Positions 1 through 8,907 are shown, numbered from the whole stretch's first letter. The stretch: 62,414 bases of DNA, filler included, from 5 parts of 5 records of this genome joined end to end with filler, not necessarily neighbours in it, one strand, 5' to 3'. The notes: generated by a model from the letters alone, not told the origin. Program-made: numbers and translations.

Positions 1-357
1 TGCGCCGCCGCTACCACCGCCCATGCCGGGAATAGGCAGAGCGTCCAGACCGGGCAGGCTTGGCGTGCCGCCACCGCCGAGGCCGGCGAGGGCGTCAAAT
101 AAGGGTGACAGGGCGTCTAAGCCCGGGGCACCACCGAGAGCATCGAGCCCGGGGAGGCCGCCGTCGGGTAAGCCGTCAAGCCCTGGCAGTCCGCCGCCAC
201 CCAGTGAATCCAGGGGCAGGGCGCTAAGGCCGGGAATACTGCCCAGCAGGCCAGTCAATGCGTCCAGTGGCAGAGGAGCGGTTTGCGCGTGTCCCGCGCT
301 AGAGGCCGCGAGCGCAACGCTCAGGGCCAACGTGTTTTTAATCTTTTTAAATGGCAT
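1..357 (-). CDS. Secreted Gly/Leu/Pro-rich protein with (L)PGLD(A/G)L repeats, 3'-truncated at the window edge (not in ORF track)
   Basis: Manual translation of the minus strand from ATG at 357: MPFKKIKNTLALSVALAASSAGHA-QTAPLPLDALTGLLGSIPGLSALPLDSLGGGGLPGLDGLPDGGLPGLDALGGAPGLDAL... Open for 119 codons, with a signal-peptide-like N-terminus and an AAGGGAG SD upstream. Confidence 0.85.
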   Translation of the reverse strand, partial: MPFKKIKNTLALSVALAASSAGHAQTAPLPLDALTGLLGSIPGLSALPLDSLGGGGLPGLDGLPDGGLPGLDALGGAPGLDALSPLFDALAGLGGGGTPSLPGLDALPIPGMGGGSGGA

Positions 358-647
358 GAGAAGTCTCCCTTCATCCTTAATTATTACTTTGAGCGGAGCG
401 AGATCACGACACCGCCTGTCTGCGAGATACCGCTAGGTGTCGCTCTAGAAATATCACGGACAGCGCCTGTTGCGTCTTAGTTGTGATTTGAACAGGGGGT
501 AGTACGAATGTACCTAGGTATTTACCCCTATATTGGTCGGGGTGCTGAGTGGGTCACATCTTTAGCAAGCGATGGCGTTCTTGATCGAGCGCATGTTTTG
601 CTGGTGAGGGGCTGTGTTTGAATGGTTGCTTGGAAAGGAGAACCCCT

Positions 648-1085
648 ATGCAAGCACTTCCCCATTTGTACACGGTCAGTGGTCGCGCCGAGTCGGCTTC
701 CGACGTTAGCTTGAGCGCGGCAGGGCTGGAAACCATGCTATCGGCACCGCCCGCTGAATTTGGTGGCCCGGGTGACAAGTGGTCGCCGGAAACGCTGTTA
801 CTGGCATCGATGGCCGATTGCTTTATTTTAACCTTCAAGGCGGTGGCCCGGGCCTCTCATCTTGAATGGTTGAGTCTGTCCTGCGAGGTGGATGGCACTT
901 TGGAGAAAAGCGACGGTGCTGTCCGGTTTACGCGTTTCCTTACCCGCGCTCGCCTGGAAATACCGGAGGGCATCAGTGTGGAGGTGGCTGAGCGCCTGCT
1001 GCACAAATCTGAGAAAGCCTGCCTAATCGCGAACTCTGTCAGCGGTGAGAAGGTGTTAGAGGCGGCTGTCAGCGTGGCGACATAG
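648..1085 (+). CDS. OsmC/Ohr family protein
   Basis: PPAEFGGPGDKWSPETLLLASMADCF and KACLIANS two-cysteine motifs; AGGAG SD before ATG 648. Confidence 0.88.
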   Translation: MQALPHLYTVSGRAESASDVSLSAAGLETMLSAPPAEFGGPGDKWSPETLLLASMADCFILTFKAVARASHLEWLSLSCEVDGTLEKSDGAVRFTRFLTRARLEIPEGISVEVAERLLHKSEKACLIANSVSGEKVLEAAVSVAT

Positions 1086-1175
1086 CCTCTGCGATGGCGG
1101 TGTTGTGCACCTCAGCGGGACGTTGGCAGGCTGAGCGGTTATGCTTGGGCGCTAATCACGTTGATGAGACTGCCA

Positions 1176-1670
1176 ATGAAAACACCTGCTATATTGTTGT
1201 GCGCATGCCTGTTCGCGATGCCGGGTTATGCGCAATCTGCTGATGAGAAACACGTACTGGTTGATAGCTTGCTTGAGCTGACGGGCCAGTCAGTGCCAAC
1301 CATCGCCAGCCAATTTTCCCGCCTGTTTAACGACAGCCTGACCCGTCAGTTGCGGGCCAGTTACCCGAATTTACCCGCAGCGGCGAACAGTGTGGTTAAA
1401 GAAGAGGTTGATGCGGTGATATACAGCCAGCTCATTGCCAGCGATGCCTATGCCAATGCGATGCGCGAGATTTACACGGAGGCATTGACCGGGCCTCAGC
1501 TCCGTGAGCTATTGACGTTTTATCGTAGTGACCTGGGAAAAACGCTGCTGCGCGTCACGCCGGCAATCAATGCGCGCAGCAGTCAACTGGGGCGAGAGTA
1601 TGGTGAACGCCTGTCTGCGGAGATTCGTCGTCGCGTTAGTCAGCGACTAGAGAAGGAGAAGCTCCTCTGA
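1176..1670 (+). CDS. Exported DUF2059-like protein
   Basis: Signal peptide; ELLTFYRSDLGK motif. Confidence 0.7.
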   Translation: MKTPAILLCACLFAMPGYAQSADEKHVLVDSLLELTGQSVPTIASQFSRLFNDSLTRQLRASYPNLPAAANSVVKEEVDAVIYSQLIASDAYANAMREIYTEALTGPQLRELLTFYRSDLGKTLLRVTPAINARSSQLGREYGERLSAEIRRRVSQRLEKEKLL

Positions 1671-2108
1671 CGATTCGCGCTAGGGGTTAATGCGAATACA
1701 ACGGTTATTAATTTGCCCGCAACCTTAAAGGCCCGTTGTAAGTGGTAAAAGTGGCATGCGACGGACGTCCTTTAATGGTGATGTTGGCATGGAACGGTCG
1801 CATGAATTCCTGAAAATGACCCTCGATACGATGAGCGAGCATATCGCCGTCATCGACGAGACCGGTTTGATCCTCTACGTAAACAGCCGTTGGCGGCAGT
1901 TTGCTGAGCAAAACGCTTGCACACCCCACTGCGAGTGGAAGGGGCAAAACTACTTGTCGGTGTGCGACCGCTCGGCGGCATCGGGAGACGAATTAGCGGG
2001 GCGCGCGGCGGCAGGTATTCGCGATTTGATTGGCAGTCAGCGTAACCATTTTTATCAATATTGCGCGGAAAACCCGTTAGCTTTAGCTGACGGGATGTAG
2101 AGCGCAGC

Positions 2109-2136
2109 TTGCTTGAATGTTGGCACTGTATATAAT
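2109..2136 (+). promoter_or_regulatory. Putative sigma70 promoter for tnpB (leaderless transcript)
   Basis: TTGCTT (2109-2114), 16-nt spacer, TATAAT (2131-2136), then 6 nt to ATG 2143; no SD. Confidence 0.55.
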
Positions 2137-2142
2137 GCCAGT

Positions 2143-3204
2143 ATGGCTACCAGAACACTAAAAGTCCGTGTTAAAGATCGTCACGCCAATGTGTTGCGTG
2201 AGATGTCACGTTCAGTGAATTTTGTCTGGAACTACATCAATGAACTTAGCCATCGCTCGATCAAAGAGCGGGGCCAATTTCTTTCAGCCTACGACCTGCA
2301 CCCCTATACCAAAGGCGCGGGCAAAGAACTGAGGCTTCACAGTCAAACCTTACAGTGCATCGCCGGGGAATATGTTACCCGGCGTAAGCAGTTTAAGAAG
2401 TCGCGCCTGAATTGGCGCAAGTCAGGTGGCGCTCGACGGTCGCTGGGCTGGATACCGATTAATACGGGGCAGGCCCAGTGGAAGAATGGTCAGGTGTTAC
2501 ACAACGGACACTATTTCAAGGTCTGGGATAGCTATGGTCTTAGCCAATATCAATTCCGTACTGCCAGTTTTAATGAAGATGCCCGAGGTCGCTGGTACTT
2601 CAATGTGGCGGTCGATGTCGATGTCGAGGTGGAACAGGCTAAAGGTAAATCAGCCGTTGGTATTGATTTGGGCTGTAAAGACACGGCGACGGATAGTAAC
2701 GGCGATCAGGTTAAAGGGCGAGAGTATCGCGCTCTGGAGGAGAAGCTGGGTATTGCCCAGCGAGCCAGAAACAAAAAACGCGTGAAGGCGATCCACGCTA
2801 AGATAAAGAATCGCAGGGCGGATGCCCTGCACAAATACAGCCGCAAACTCGTAAATGAGAATGCGGCAATCTTCGTTGGTAACGTATCAAGCCTCAAGCT
2901 GGTAAAGACCAAAATGGCGAAATCCGTTTTGGATGCCGGTTGGGGTCAGCTCAAAACCATGTTGGAATACAAGTGCGAAAACGCAGGCGTGGTCTTTGAG
3001 GAAGTCAACGAAGCCTACTCCACCCAGACGTGCTCGTGCTGCGGGGTCAACCCGGATAGCAGTCCGAAAGGTAGGGCCGATCTTGGAATAAGAGAATGGG
3101 TCTGTTCAGAGTGCGGAGCTGAGCATCAGCGCGATATCAATAGCGCTAGAAACATTCTTGCGCTGGGACACCAGCGTCTTGCGGAAGGAAAGGTAGCGGC
3201 GTAA
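2143..3204 (+). CDS. tnpB: RNA-guided endonuclease TnpB (353 aa), RuvC-II-rearranged type
   Basis: N-terminal VNFVWNY helix, GRWYFNV, RuvC-I VGIDLG, DAGWGQLKTMLEYK, VNEAYSTQTCSCCG/CSECG zinc ribbon, RuvC-III RDINSARNI. Confidence 0.95.
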   Translation: MATRTLKVRVKDRHANVLREMSRSVNFVWNYINELSHRSIKERGQFLSAYDLHPYTKGAGKELRLHSQTLQCIAGEYVTRRKQFKKSRLNWRKSGGARRSLGWIPINTGQAQWKNGQVLHNGHYFKVWDSYGLSQYQFRTASFNEDARGRWYFNVAVDVDVEVEQAKGKSAVGIDLGCKDTATDSNGDQVKGREYRALEEKLGIAQRARNKKRVKAIHAKIKNRRADALHKYSRKLVNENAAIFVGNVSSLKLVKTKMAKSVLDAGWGQLKTMLEYKCENAGVVFEEVNEAYSTQTCSCCGVNPDSSPKGRADLGIREWVCSECGAEHQRDINSARNILALGHQRLAEGKVAA

Positions 3205-3290
3205 GCCGCCCTGGGACAAAGGCGGTAATAGCTTTTGGAATCTCGGAGAGCTTTAGCTCCCGAGAGGATGTCAACTGGAGTACCCCTGCG
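3130..3290 (+). ncRNA. Predicted omegaRNA (reRNA) scaffold plus a guide taken from flanking host DNA; 5' boundary approximate
   Basis: Established TnpB biology: the scaffold overlaps the tnpB 3' end and right end, and the guide is the ~16 nt beyond the end (CTGGAGTACCCCTGCG). Hairpins visible at 3196-3209 and 3241-3265. Confidence 0.6.
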
Positions 3291-4028
3291 ACAGTCCCGA
3301 GCAGTCGCGCTGGTTCATGATGCGCGTCACGCGTTTTTCTCTCTGTGACGTCAGTTACTTTGTCATTTCCCATCAAGATATTACCGAGAGGAAGCAGGCT
3401 GAAGAGCTGGTAAGTAAGCTCGCCCGCTCGGATGGTTTAACTGGCGTGGCGAATCGACGGTGTTTTGACGAGTTTTTGCGCAATGAGTGGCGGCGCTGCG
3501 CCCGCCTTGGGCTGCCTGTTAGCCTGGCAATTATTGATATCGACTATTTCAAACTGGTCAACGACACCTACGGTCACCAGTCCGGGGATGACTGCCTGAG
3601 GCAGGTAGGGCAGTTGTTGAGCCAGTTTGCAAAGCGCCCCACAGACATCTGCGCCCGCTACGGTGGTGAGGAGTTTGCGCTGGTGATGGGCAATACCTCC
3701 ATTGAGCAAGCGCGGGCACTCCTTGAGCCGTTGAATGCCGCGATCAAGCAACTTGCCCTGCCAAACCGAGCGTCGCCAATAGCGTCGGTGCTCACCGCCA
3801 GTGTGGGCTTGGCCTGCTTGGCTCCCAGGCCTGATAGTAGCGAGGATGCGCTACTGGCCTTGGCCGATGCGCAACTCTATGCCGCGAAGGCTGCCGGACG
3901 TAACCAGCTTGCGGCGGCGAGTTGAGGTATGCCTAGTGATGCCTTACAGATCTAAGTATTACCCCAGATGGCTGTCTCTACTATAACAGCTACCCTATGG
4001 TGCAAATTTTTCTATAAGGATTGTTGTT

Positions 4029-4544
4029 ATGAAGGGATTCGCTCCTTTTGTTTGTTTGGGTATTTTGTCGTCTCCAGTGTTGGCGAATGAGCAAGATCCT
4101 GTCGTCTATGTTGGTGCAATCTACTCTCACATACTCTACGAGGCTGGTGATTTTGACGGTGATCTAGCTGCCTACGGTGCATTGTTGGGTTTCCCTGTAA
4201 ACGAGCACTTCGCGATTGAGCTACGGTATTTGGTCGGTGAAGAGGGGGAAACCACGGACGTAGGAAGTAGCATAGACGTGAATCATATGTTGGGTGCCTA
4301 CCTTCGCGCTGGTATGCCACTTTCGGATCGCCTCTATCCTTATGCGTTGCTCGGTAGAAGTAAGTTTGAACTGAATGGCGGCGCCCCAGGTGATGGCGGT
4401 AAGAGTGGGTTGAGTTACGGCTTGGGTATGCAGGTTTCTTTTACTGAGTCGCCAGCGCTCATCAATATCGAGTATGCGAGTTTGCTAGACAGGGACGACT
4501 ACGAGTTGGCTGGTCTCACAGTAAGTCTGCAGGTGCAGTACTAG
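4029..4544 (+). CDS. Small outer-membrane beta-barrel protein (OmpA transmembrane-like)
   Basis: Signal peptide, NEHFAIELRY, YPYALLG, GLSYGLG, terminal aromatic residue. Confidence 0.8.
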   Translation: MKGFAPFVCLGILSSPVLANEQDPVVYVGAIYSHILYEAGDFDGDLAAYGALLGFPVNEHFAIELRYLVGEEGETTDVGSSIDVNHMLGAYLRAGMPLSDRLYPYALLGRSKFELNGGAPGDGGKSGLSYGLGMQVSFTESPALINIEYASLLDRDDYELAGLTVSLQVQY

Positions 4545-4565
4545 CTATCATAGGGCGGCGGACGC

Positions 4566-5465
4566 TCACAGTGTTGCCGCCAATGCGATGAGCTGTTCGC
4601 GTAGCCAGCGATGCCCCGCGTCGGCGTTGGCGCTGCGGTGCCAGTAGAGCGTCATATCGAGTGTGGGGGTAAGCACAGGCAAGGGTTGCAGCGCCAAGCC
4701 GAGCAAGTCGGCGTAGCGCTCACCCAGTTGCTGGGGAAGAGTGAGCAGCAGCGATGATGCAGCCACGACGTGGCAGGCTGCATGGTAGCTCTGACCGCGT
4801 ACCTGCACCTGACGTTTGAAGCCCTGCTGCTGTAACTGTATGTCCTCAAACAGTGCTCCCTCCCGCCGCCCGGAAACACCGATATGCCGCGCCTGCAGGT
4901 AGCCTTCCATGGTGAGAGCTTGCGCGGCCAGTGGATGGTCGGCACGCATTAGTACGCAGAGTGGCTCGCTGCGCAAGGGGCGCTGCTCAATACTGCTGTC
5001 GACAGTCTGGGGAACATCCACCGCTAATGACAACTCCCCAAGGGCGAGGTGGCGGCTGAGTTGATCCCGACGCAGCCGCCGGCTGTGTATAGAAAGCCAG
5101 GGTGCACTTGCTGAAAGTTGCTTGATCAGTGGCGGCAGCAGCAGGAATTCCATGGTGTCGCCCAGACCTAATACAAAGCGCCGCTGTGAGGCGCTTGGCT
5201 CAAAATGCTGCCCGCGGTGCACGCTGTCTTGCAACAAACTCAGCGCGGATTGGATGTCGTCGGCGATGGTGTCAGCGACCGGCGTTGGCGCGATGCTACG
5301 ACCACGCCTGATGAACAGGGGGTCGTCAAAATGTTCGCGCAGGCGCGACAGGGCGTTGCTCACCGCCGGTTGGCTTAGGTGGAGGTCGCGGGCGGCTTCC
5401 GTTAGCGAGCCAGCGCGGTAGATCGCGTCAAAAACGCGAAAGAGATTCAGGTCCATGGCGGTCAC
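4566..5465 (-). CDS. LysR family transcriptional regulator
   Basis: DLNLFRVFDAIY...SLTEAARDLHLSQPAVSNALSRLR HTH plus substrate-binding domain. Confidence 0.95.
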   Translation of the reverse strand: MTAMDLNLFRVFDAIYRAGSLTEAARDLHLSQPAVSNALSRLREHFDDPLFIRRGRSIAPTPVADTIADDIQSALSLLQDSVHRGQHFEPSASQRRFVLGLGDTMEFLLLPPLIKQLSASAPWLSIHSRRLRRDQLSRHLALGELSLAVDVPQTVDSSIEQRPLRSEPLCVLMRADHPLAAQALTMEGYLQARHIGVSGRREGALFEDIQLQQQGFKRQVQVRGQSYHAACHVVAASSLLLTLPQQLGERYADLLGLALQPLPVLTPTLDMTLYWHRSANADAGHRWLREQLIALAATL

Positions 5466-5472
5466 TCAATTC

Positions 5473-5487
5473 ATTCATAATTAGAAT
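5473..5487. promoter_or_regulatory. LysR-type T-N11-A box
   Basis: Palindrome ATTC-N7-GAAT in the divergent lysR/acyl-CoA dehydrogenase intergenic region. Confidence 0.6.
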
Positions 5488-5567
5488 AATAACTGATTTA
5501 TAAAATAAATTAGACTGATGTTTTGAGTCGCCGTAATCTGATCGGCTAAACCCGTAAGGAGCCGATC

Positions 5568-6794
5568 ATGGATTTCAGTCTCAGCCCTCGTGCCCAGGAC
5601 TTGCGCGACCAAGTTCGTCATTTCATTGATAACCATATTATGCCCGTTGAAGAGGCCGTACTGCCGGAGTTGCTGCTTAGCAAACACGGCGGTGACTGGG
5701 GGCAGTGGTCGGTGTTGCCGCAGGTGGAAGCACTGAAGGAGAAAGCCCGCGAACTCGGGTTGTGGAATTTGTTTTTGCCCGATGCCGAATTCGGCGCCGG
5801 CCTGTCAGTAAGCGAATATGCGGTGCTTGCCGAGCAAATGGGGCGTTCGCATTTTGCGCCTGAAGTCTTTAACTGCAATGCGCCCGACACCGGCAATATG
5901 GAGGTGTTGTGGAAGTATGGCAGCGAGGCGCAAAAAGCCCGCTGGCTCACCCCGTTGCTGAATGCTGAAATTCGATCGGTGTTCTTTATGACCGAACCGG
6001 ATGTTGCTTCTTCCGATGCCACCAATATGGAAGCCACCATAGCGGTAGACGGCGACGAGCTGGTGCTCAACGGTAAAAAATGGTGGTCGACAGGGGTGGG
6101 TGATCCGCGCTGTGAAGTCGGCGTATTTATGGGGCTGAGCAACCCCGATGCCGCGCGCCACAGTCGCCATTCCATGGTGTTGGTACCGATGAATACGCCA
6201 GGCGTGACCATCAAACGCATGCTGCCGGTGTTTGGCGGTTTTGATGAGCCTATCGGTCATGGCGAGGTGTGGTTTGACAATGTGCGCGTGCCTAAAGACA
6301 ACTTGATTTTGGGTTTGGGGCGCGGTTTTGAAATTGCTCAGGGCCGACTGGGGCCGGGACGTATTCACCACTGTATGCGCGCCATTGGCGCCGCTGAACG
6401 CGCATTGGAGTTAATGATTAAGCGCGGTCAGTCGCGGCAGGCCTTTGGCAAGCCGCTGATTAAGTTGGGCGCCAACCCCGAGCGTGTTGCCGACCTGAGA
6501 ATTGCCATCGACCAAGCCCGATTGCTCACGCAATATGCCGCGTGGAAGATCGACCAGGTCGGCGCCATGGCGGCGCTCAGCGAAATTTCTGCGATCAAGG
6601 TGGTCGCGCCCAATGTGCTGCAAAATGTCGTGGATGAAGCCATTCAATTATATGGCGGAGCGGGTCTAAGCAATGACACGCCGCTGGCATCCATGTTTGC
6701 AATGGCAAGGGTATTGCGCATCGCCGACGGCCCAGATGCGGTGCACCGCAATTTGATTGCCCGACTAGAATTTGCCAAATACAACACACCCTAA
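5568..6794 (+). CDS. Acyl-CoA dehydrogenase (ACAD10/11-like group)
   Basis: FNCNAPDTGNMEVL, MTEPDVASSDATN, QGRLGPGRIHHCMR, LRIADGPD. Confidence 0.95.
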   Translation: MDFSLSPRAQDLRDQVRHFIDNHIMPVEEAVLPELLLSKHGGDWGQWSVLPQVEALKEKARELGLWNLFLPDAEFGAGLSVSEYAVLAEQMGRSHFAPEVFNCNAPDTGNMEVLWKYGSEAQKARWLTPLLNAEIRSVFFMTEPDVASSDATNMEATIAVDGDELVLNGKKWWSTGVGDPRCEVGVFMGLSNPDAARHSRHSMVLVPMNTPGVTIKRMLPVFGGFDEPIGHGEVWFDNVRVPKDNLILGLGRGFEIAQGRLGPGRIHHCMRAIGAAERALELMIKRGQSRQAFGKPLIKLGANPERVADLRIAIDQARLLTQYAAWKIDQVGAMAALSEISAIKVVAPNVLQNVVDEAIQLYGGAGLSNDTPLASMFAMARVLRIADGPDAVHRNLIARLEFAKYNTP

Positions 6795-6814
6795 GGCGAG
6801 GCACAGAGATCACT

Positions 6815-7636
6815 ATGGCAAGTATGACAACGCAGGCTCCGCGCGTATTTATTACCGGCGGCGCATCGGGATTGGGGCGCGCCTTGGCCGAGCGCTATGC
6901 GCAGGCGGGTTACTGGGTGTGCATCGGCGATATCCATAAGGAGCGCGGTGAAGAAACCCTGCAAGCGCTTCAGGCGGTTACCACCGCGCAATATTTGCAC
7001 TGCGATGTGCAGCGCGAAGACGATCTGCAGTCTGCCGCTGATTGGCTGCGCCAGCACTGGTCCGGTGTGGATGTGGTGATCAACAATGCTGGGGTTGCCA
7101 CGGCCGGTGCGATAGATGAGCAGAGCATGGAAGACTGGCAGTGGGTAATGGACATCAATGTGTTGGGTGTGGTGCGCGGTTGCAAGGTGTTCACGCCGCT
7201 GTTGCGCCAGCAGGGCGGTGGCCACCTGGTGAATGTGGCGTCGCTGGCAGGGGTGATTCATCCACCGAAAATGGCGTCCTACTGTGCAACCAAAGCGGCG
7301 GTGGTGGCGTTATCGGAAACGCTGACCCTGGAGCTGGATAGCGACAATATTGCCGTTTCGGTTGTGTGCCCGGCGTTCTTTCGAACCAACCTGGCAGAAT
7401 CGCTGCGCGCCTCAGACCCGACGTCGACGGTATTAACTCAGAAGTTGGTTAACAAGGCGAAAGTAAGCGCTGACGAGATTGCCGAGAAGGTATTTCGAGG
7501 GGTGGAGGAGAAGCAGTTTAAAATTCTTACCCACGACGACAGCAAGCGTTTGGTGATGCTAAAACGCCTGCTGCCCTATCGCTGGTTTCGCAAAATTATG
7601 CTGAAAAATACTGCGGGCATGATGCGTAAGCGCTGA
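6815..7636 (+). CDS. SDR family oxidoreductase
   Basis: TGGASGLG, NNAG, YCATK. Confidence 0.93.
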   Translation: MASMTTQAPRVFITGGASGLGRALAERYAQAGYWVCIGDIHKERGEETLQALQAVTTAQYLHCDVQREDDLQSAADWLRQHWSGVDVVINNAGVATAGAIDEQSMEDWQWVMDINVLGVVRGCKVFTPLLRQQGGGHLVNVASLAGVIHPPKMASYCATKAAVVALSETLTLELDSDNIAVSVVCPAFFRTNLAESLRASDPTSTVLTQKLVNKAKVSADEIAEKVFRGVEEKQFKILTHDDSKRLVMLKRLLPYRWFRKIMLKNTAGMMRKR

Positions 7637-8059
7637 TTAGATCAGTGCCAACAGTGCATTCACTGCCATGCCGAGCACGGCCAGGCTGCTTAGCGAAAAA
7701 ATACTGAATCGCAGCATCACCACGTTGCTGGTGCTTTGCACGATGCTGTGGGCAACACGGCATGCCACATAAAACCAGGCGAGCGCCAGGTTAATGCCAT
7801 CGCCCTGGCCAAGCATAGCCAGCACGATTGCCGTGGCATAAAAGATGGTCGGTTGCTCCATTAGGTGGTTGTAGTTGTCCGCCTTCCATTGAATGCGCTT
7901 GTCCATCATGGTTGCCAGCTCGGCGGTGCGCTCGCCAGTGCTGGGCGGCATGCGCGCTTTTCGCATTGCCGGGAGTCGCGCCATGGCCATCCAGCTGAGC
8001 ATAACCATGCTCCACAGCACCAGGATGATCACCGGCAGTAAAATGGGAGAGGCGTCCAT
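7637..8059 (-). CDS. MAPEG family membrane protein
   Basis: ADNYNHLMEQPTIFY, CRVAHS; four hydrophobic helices; AAGGA SD. Confidence 0.85.
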   Translation of the reverse strand: MDASPILLPVIILVLWSMVMLSWMAMARLPAMRKARMPPSTGERTAELATMMDKRIQWKADNYNHLMEQPTIFYATAIVLAMLGQGDGINLALAWFYVACRVAHSIVQSTSNVVMLRFSIFSLSSLAVLGMAVNALLALI

Positions 8060-8157
8060 AGTCTTTTCCTTTGTTGTGATTTTTATCGATGTGGCCGCTT
8101 TGGCCTGAAGCGAATATAACAATATCCATGTGAATAGAAATGAGATCGGGGGACGTT

Positions 8158-8907
8158 ATGTTTAGAAAGAATGTGTTGATTACCGGCGCCAGCTCGGGCC
8201 TTGGCGAGGGTATGGCGCGGGCGTTTGCTGCGAAGGGGTGCAACTTGGCGCTGTGCGCACGGCGGGTTGAAAACCTGGAGGCGATTAAATCGGACCTTGA
8301 GGCAAAACACCCCGATGTTCAGGTGCTGATTAAAGCCCTGGATGTGTGTGACTATGAGCAGGTGTTTACCGTGTTTAATGCTTTTCGCGATGAGTTGGGT
8401 AGCCTCGATAGAGTGATTGTGAATGCGGGAATGGGCAAGGGGGCGTCGATGGGCACCGGGTATTTCCACGCCAACCTTCGCACCGCACAGACTAATTTCA
8501 CGGGTGCCTTGGCGCAGTGCGAAGCGGCAATGACCATATTTCGCGAGCAAAATGCCGGGCACTTGGTCACCATCTCTTCAATGAGTGCGCTGCGTGGCAT
8601 GCCGCGTGCCATCAACATTTACGCTGCTACCAAAGCGGGGCTGCGCACCATGACAGAGGGGCTGCGCGCCGATGTTATTGGCACGCCGATCAAAGTGAGT
8701 TGTATCCTTCCGGGCTTTATTCTCACGCCCATCAACGAAGACTTGAAAAAAGCGCCAATGCGGGTCGACCTGGAAACGGGGTGCAAGGCCTTGGTCAAGG
8801 CTATTGAGAAAGAGCCGGGCGAAGCCAAAGTGCCGGGTTGGCCCTGGGTGCCGATGGGGTGGTTAATGAAGGTGTTGCCGCTGAGCGTGGTTGCCAAAAT
8901 GACATAG
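8158..8907 (+). CDS. SDR family oxidoreductase
   Basis: TGASSGLG, VNAG, YAATK. Confidence 0.93.
   Translation: MFRKNVLITGASSGLGEGMARAFAAKGCNLALCARRVENLEAIKSDLEAKHPDVQVLIKALDVCDYEQVFTVFNAFRDELGSLDRVIVNAGMGKGASMGTGYFHANLRTAQTNFTGALAQCEAAMTIFREQNAGHLVTISSMSALRGMPRAINIYAATKAGLRTMTEGLRADVIGTPIKVSCILPGFILTPINEDLKKAPMRVDLETGCKALVKAIEKEPGEAKVPGWPWVPMGWLMKVLPLSVVAKMT

Larger units (their letters stand above)
2056..3274 (+). mobile_element. tnpB-only (non-autonomous, IS1341-like) IS200/IS605-family element, 1219 bp
   Basis: Inserted 3' of TTTAT (2051-2055) with no target duplication. Left-end hairpin CCCGTTAGC-TTTA-GCTGACGGG (2073-2094), right-end hairpin with the same GC-TTTA-GC apex (3241-3265), ends in TCAA (3271-3274). 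No tnpA. Confidence 0.93.
1789..3925 (+). pseudogene. PAS-GGDEF diguanylate cyclase interrupted by an IS200/IS605 element (halves 1789-2055 and 3275-3925)
   Basis: Removing 2056-3274 joins ...RNHFY to LEYPCDSPEQSRWFMMRVTRF... in frame, giving 305 aa. The C-terminal half has DGLTGVANRR, DIDYFKLVNDTYGH, an RPTD I-site and GGEEF. Confidence 0.93.

Noticed and set aside
23-436. Pro/Ser/Arg-rich plus-strand ORF
   Set aside because: Antisense shadow of the minus-strand secreted repeat protein, which has an SD and a signal peptide.
496-528. Palindrome TACCTAGGTA flanked by GGGGTA/TACCCC in a divergent intergenic region
   Set aside because: Could be an operator, but it is a single short instance with no assignable regulator.
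2143-3204. Cas12f, a nuclease-dead TnpB repressor, or an IStron
   Set aside because: No CRISPR array or cas genes and both IS ends are intact. A compensating Glu is present. Only 87 nt precede tnpB, too short for a group I intron core.
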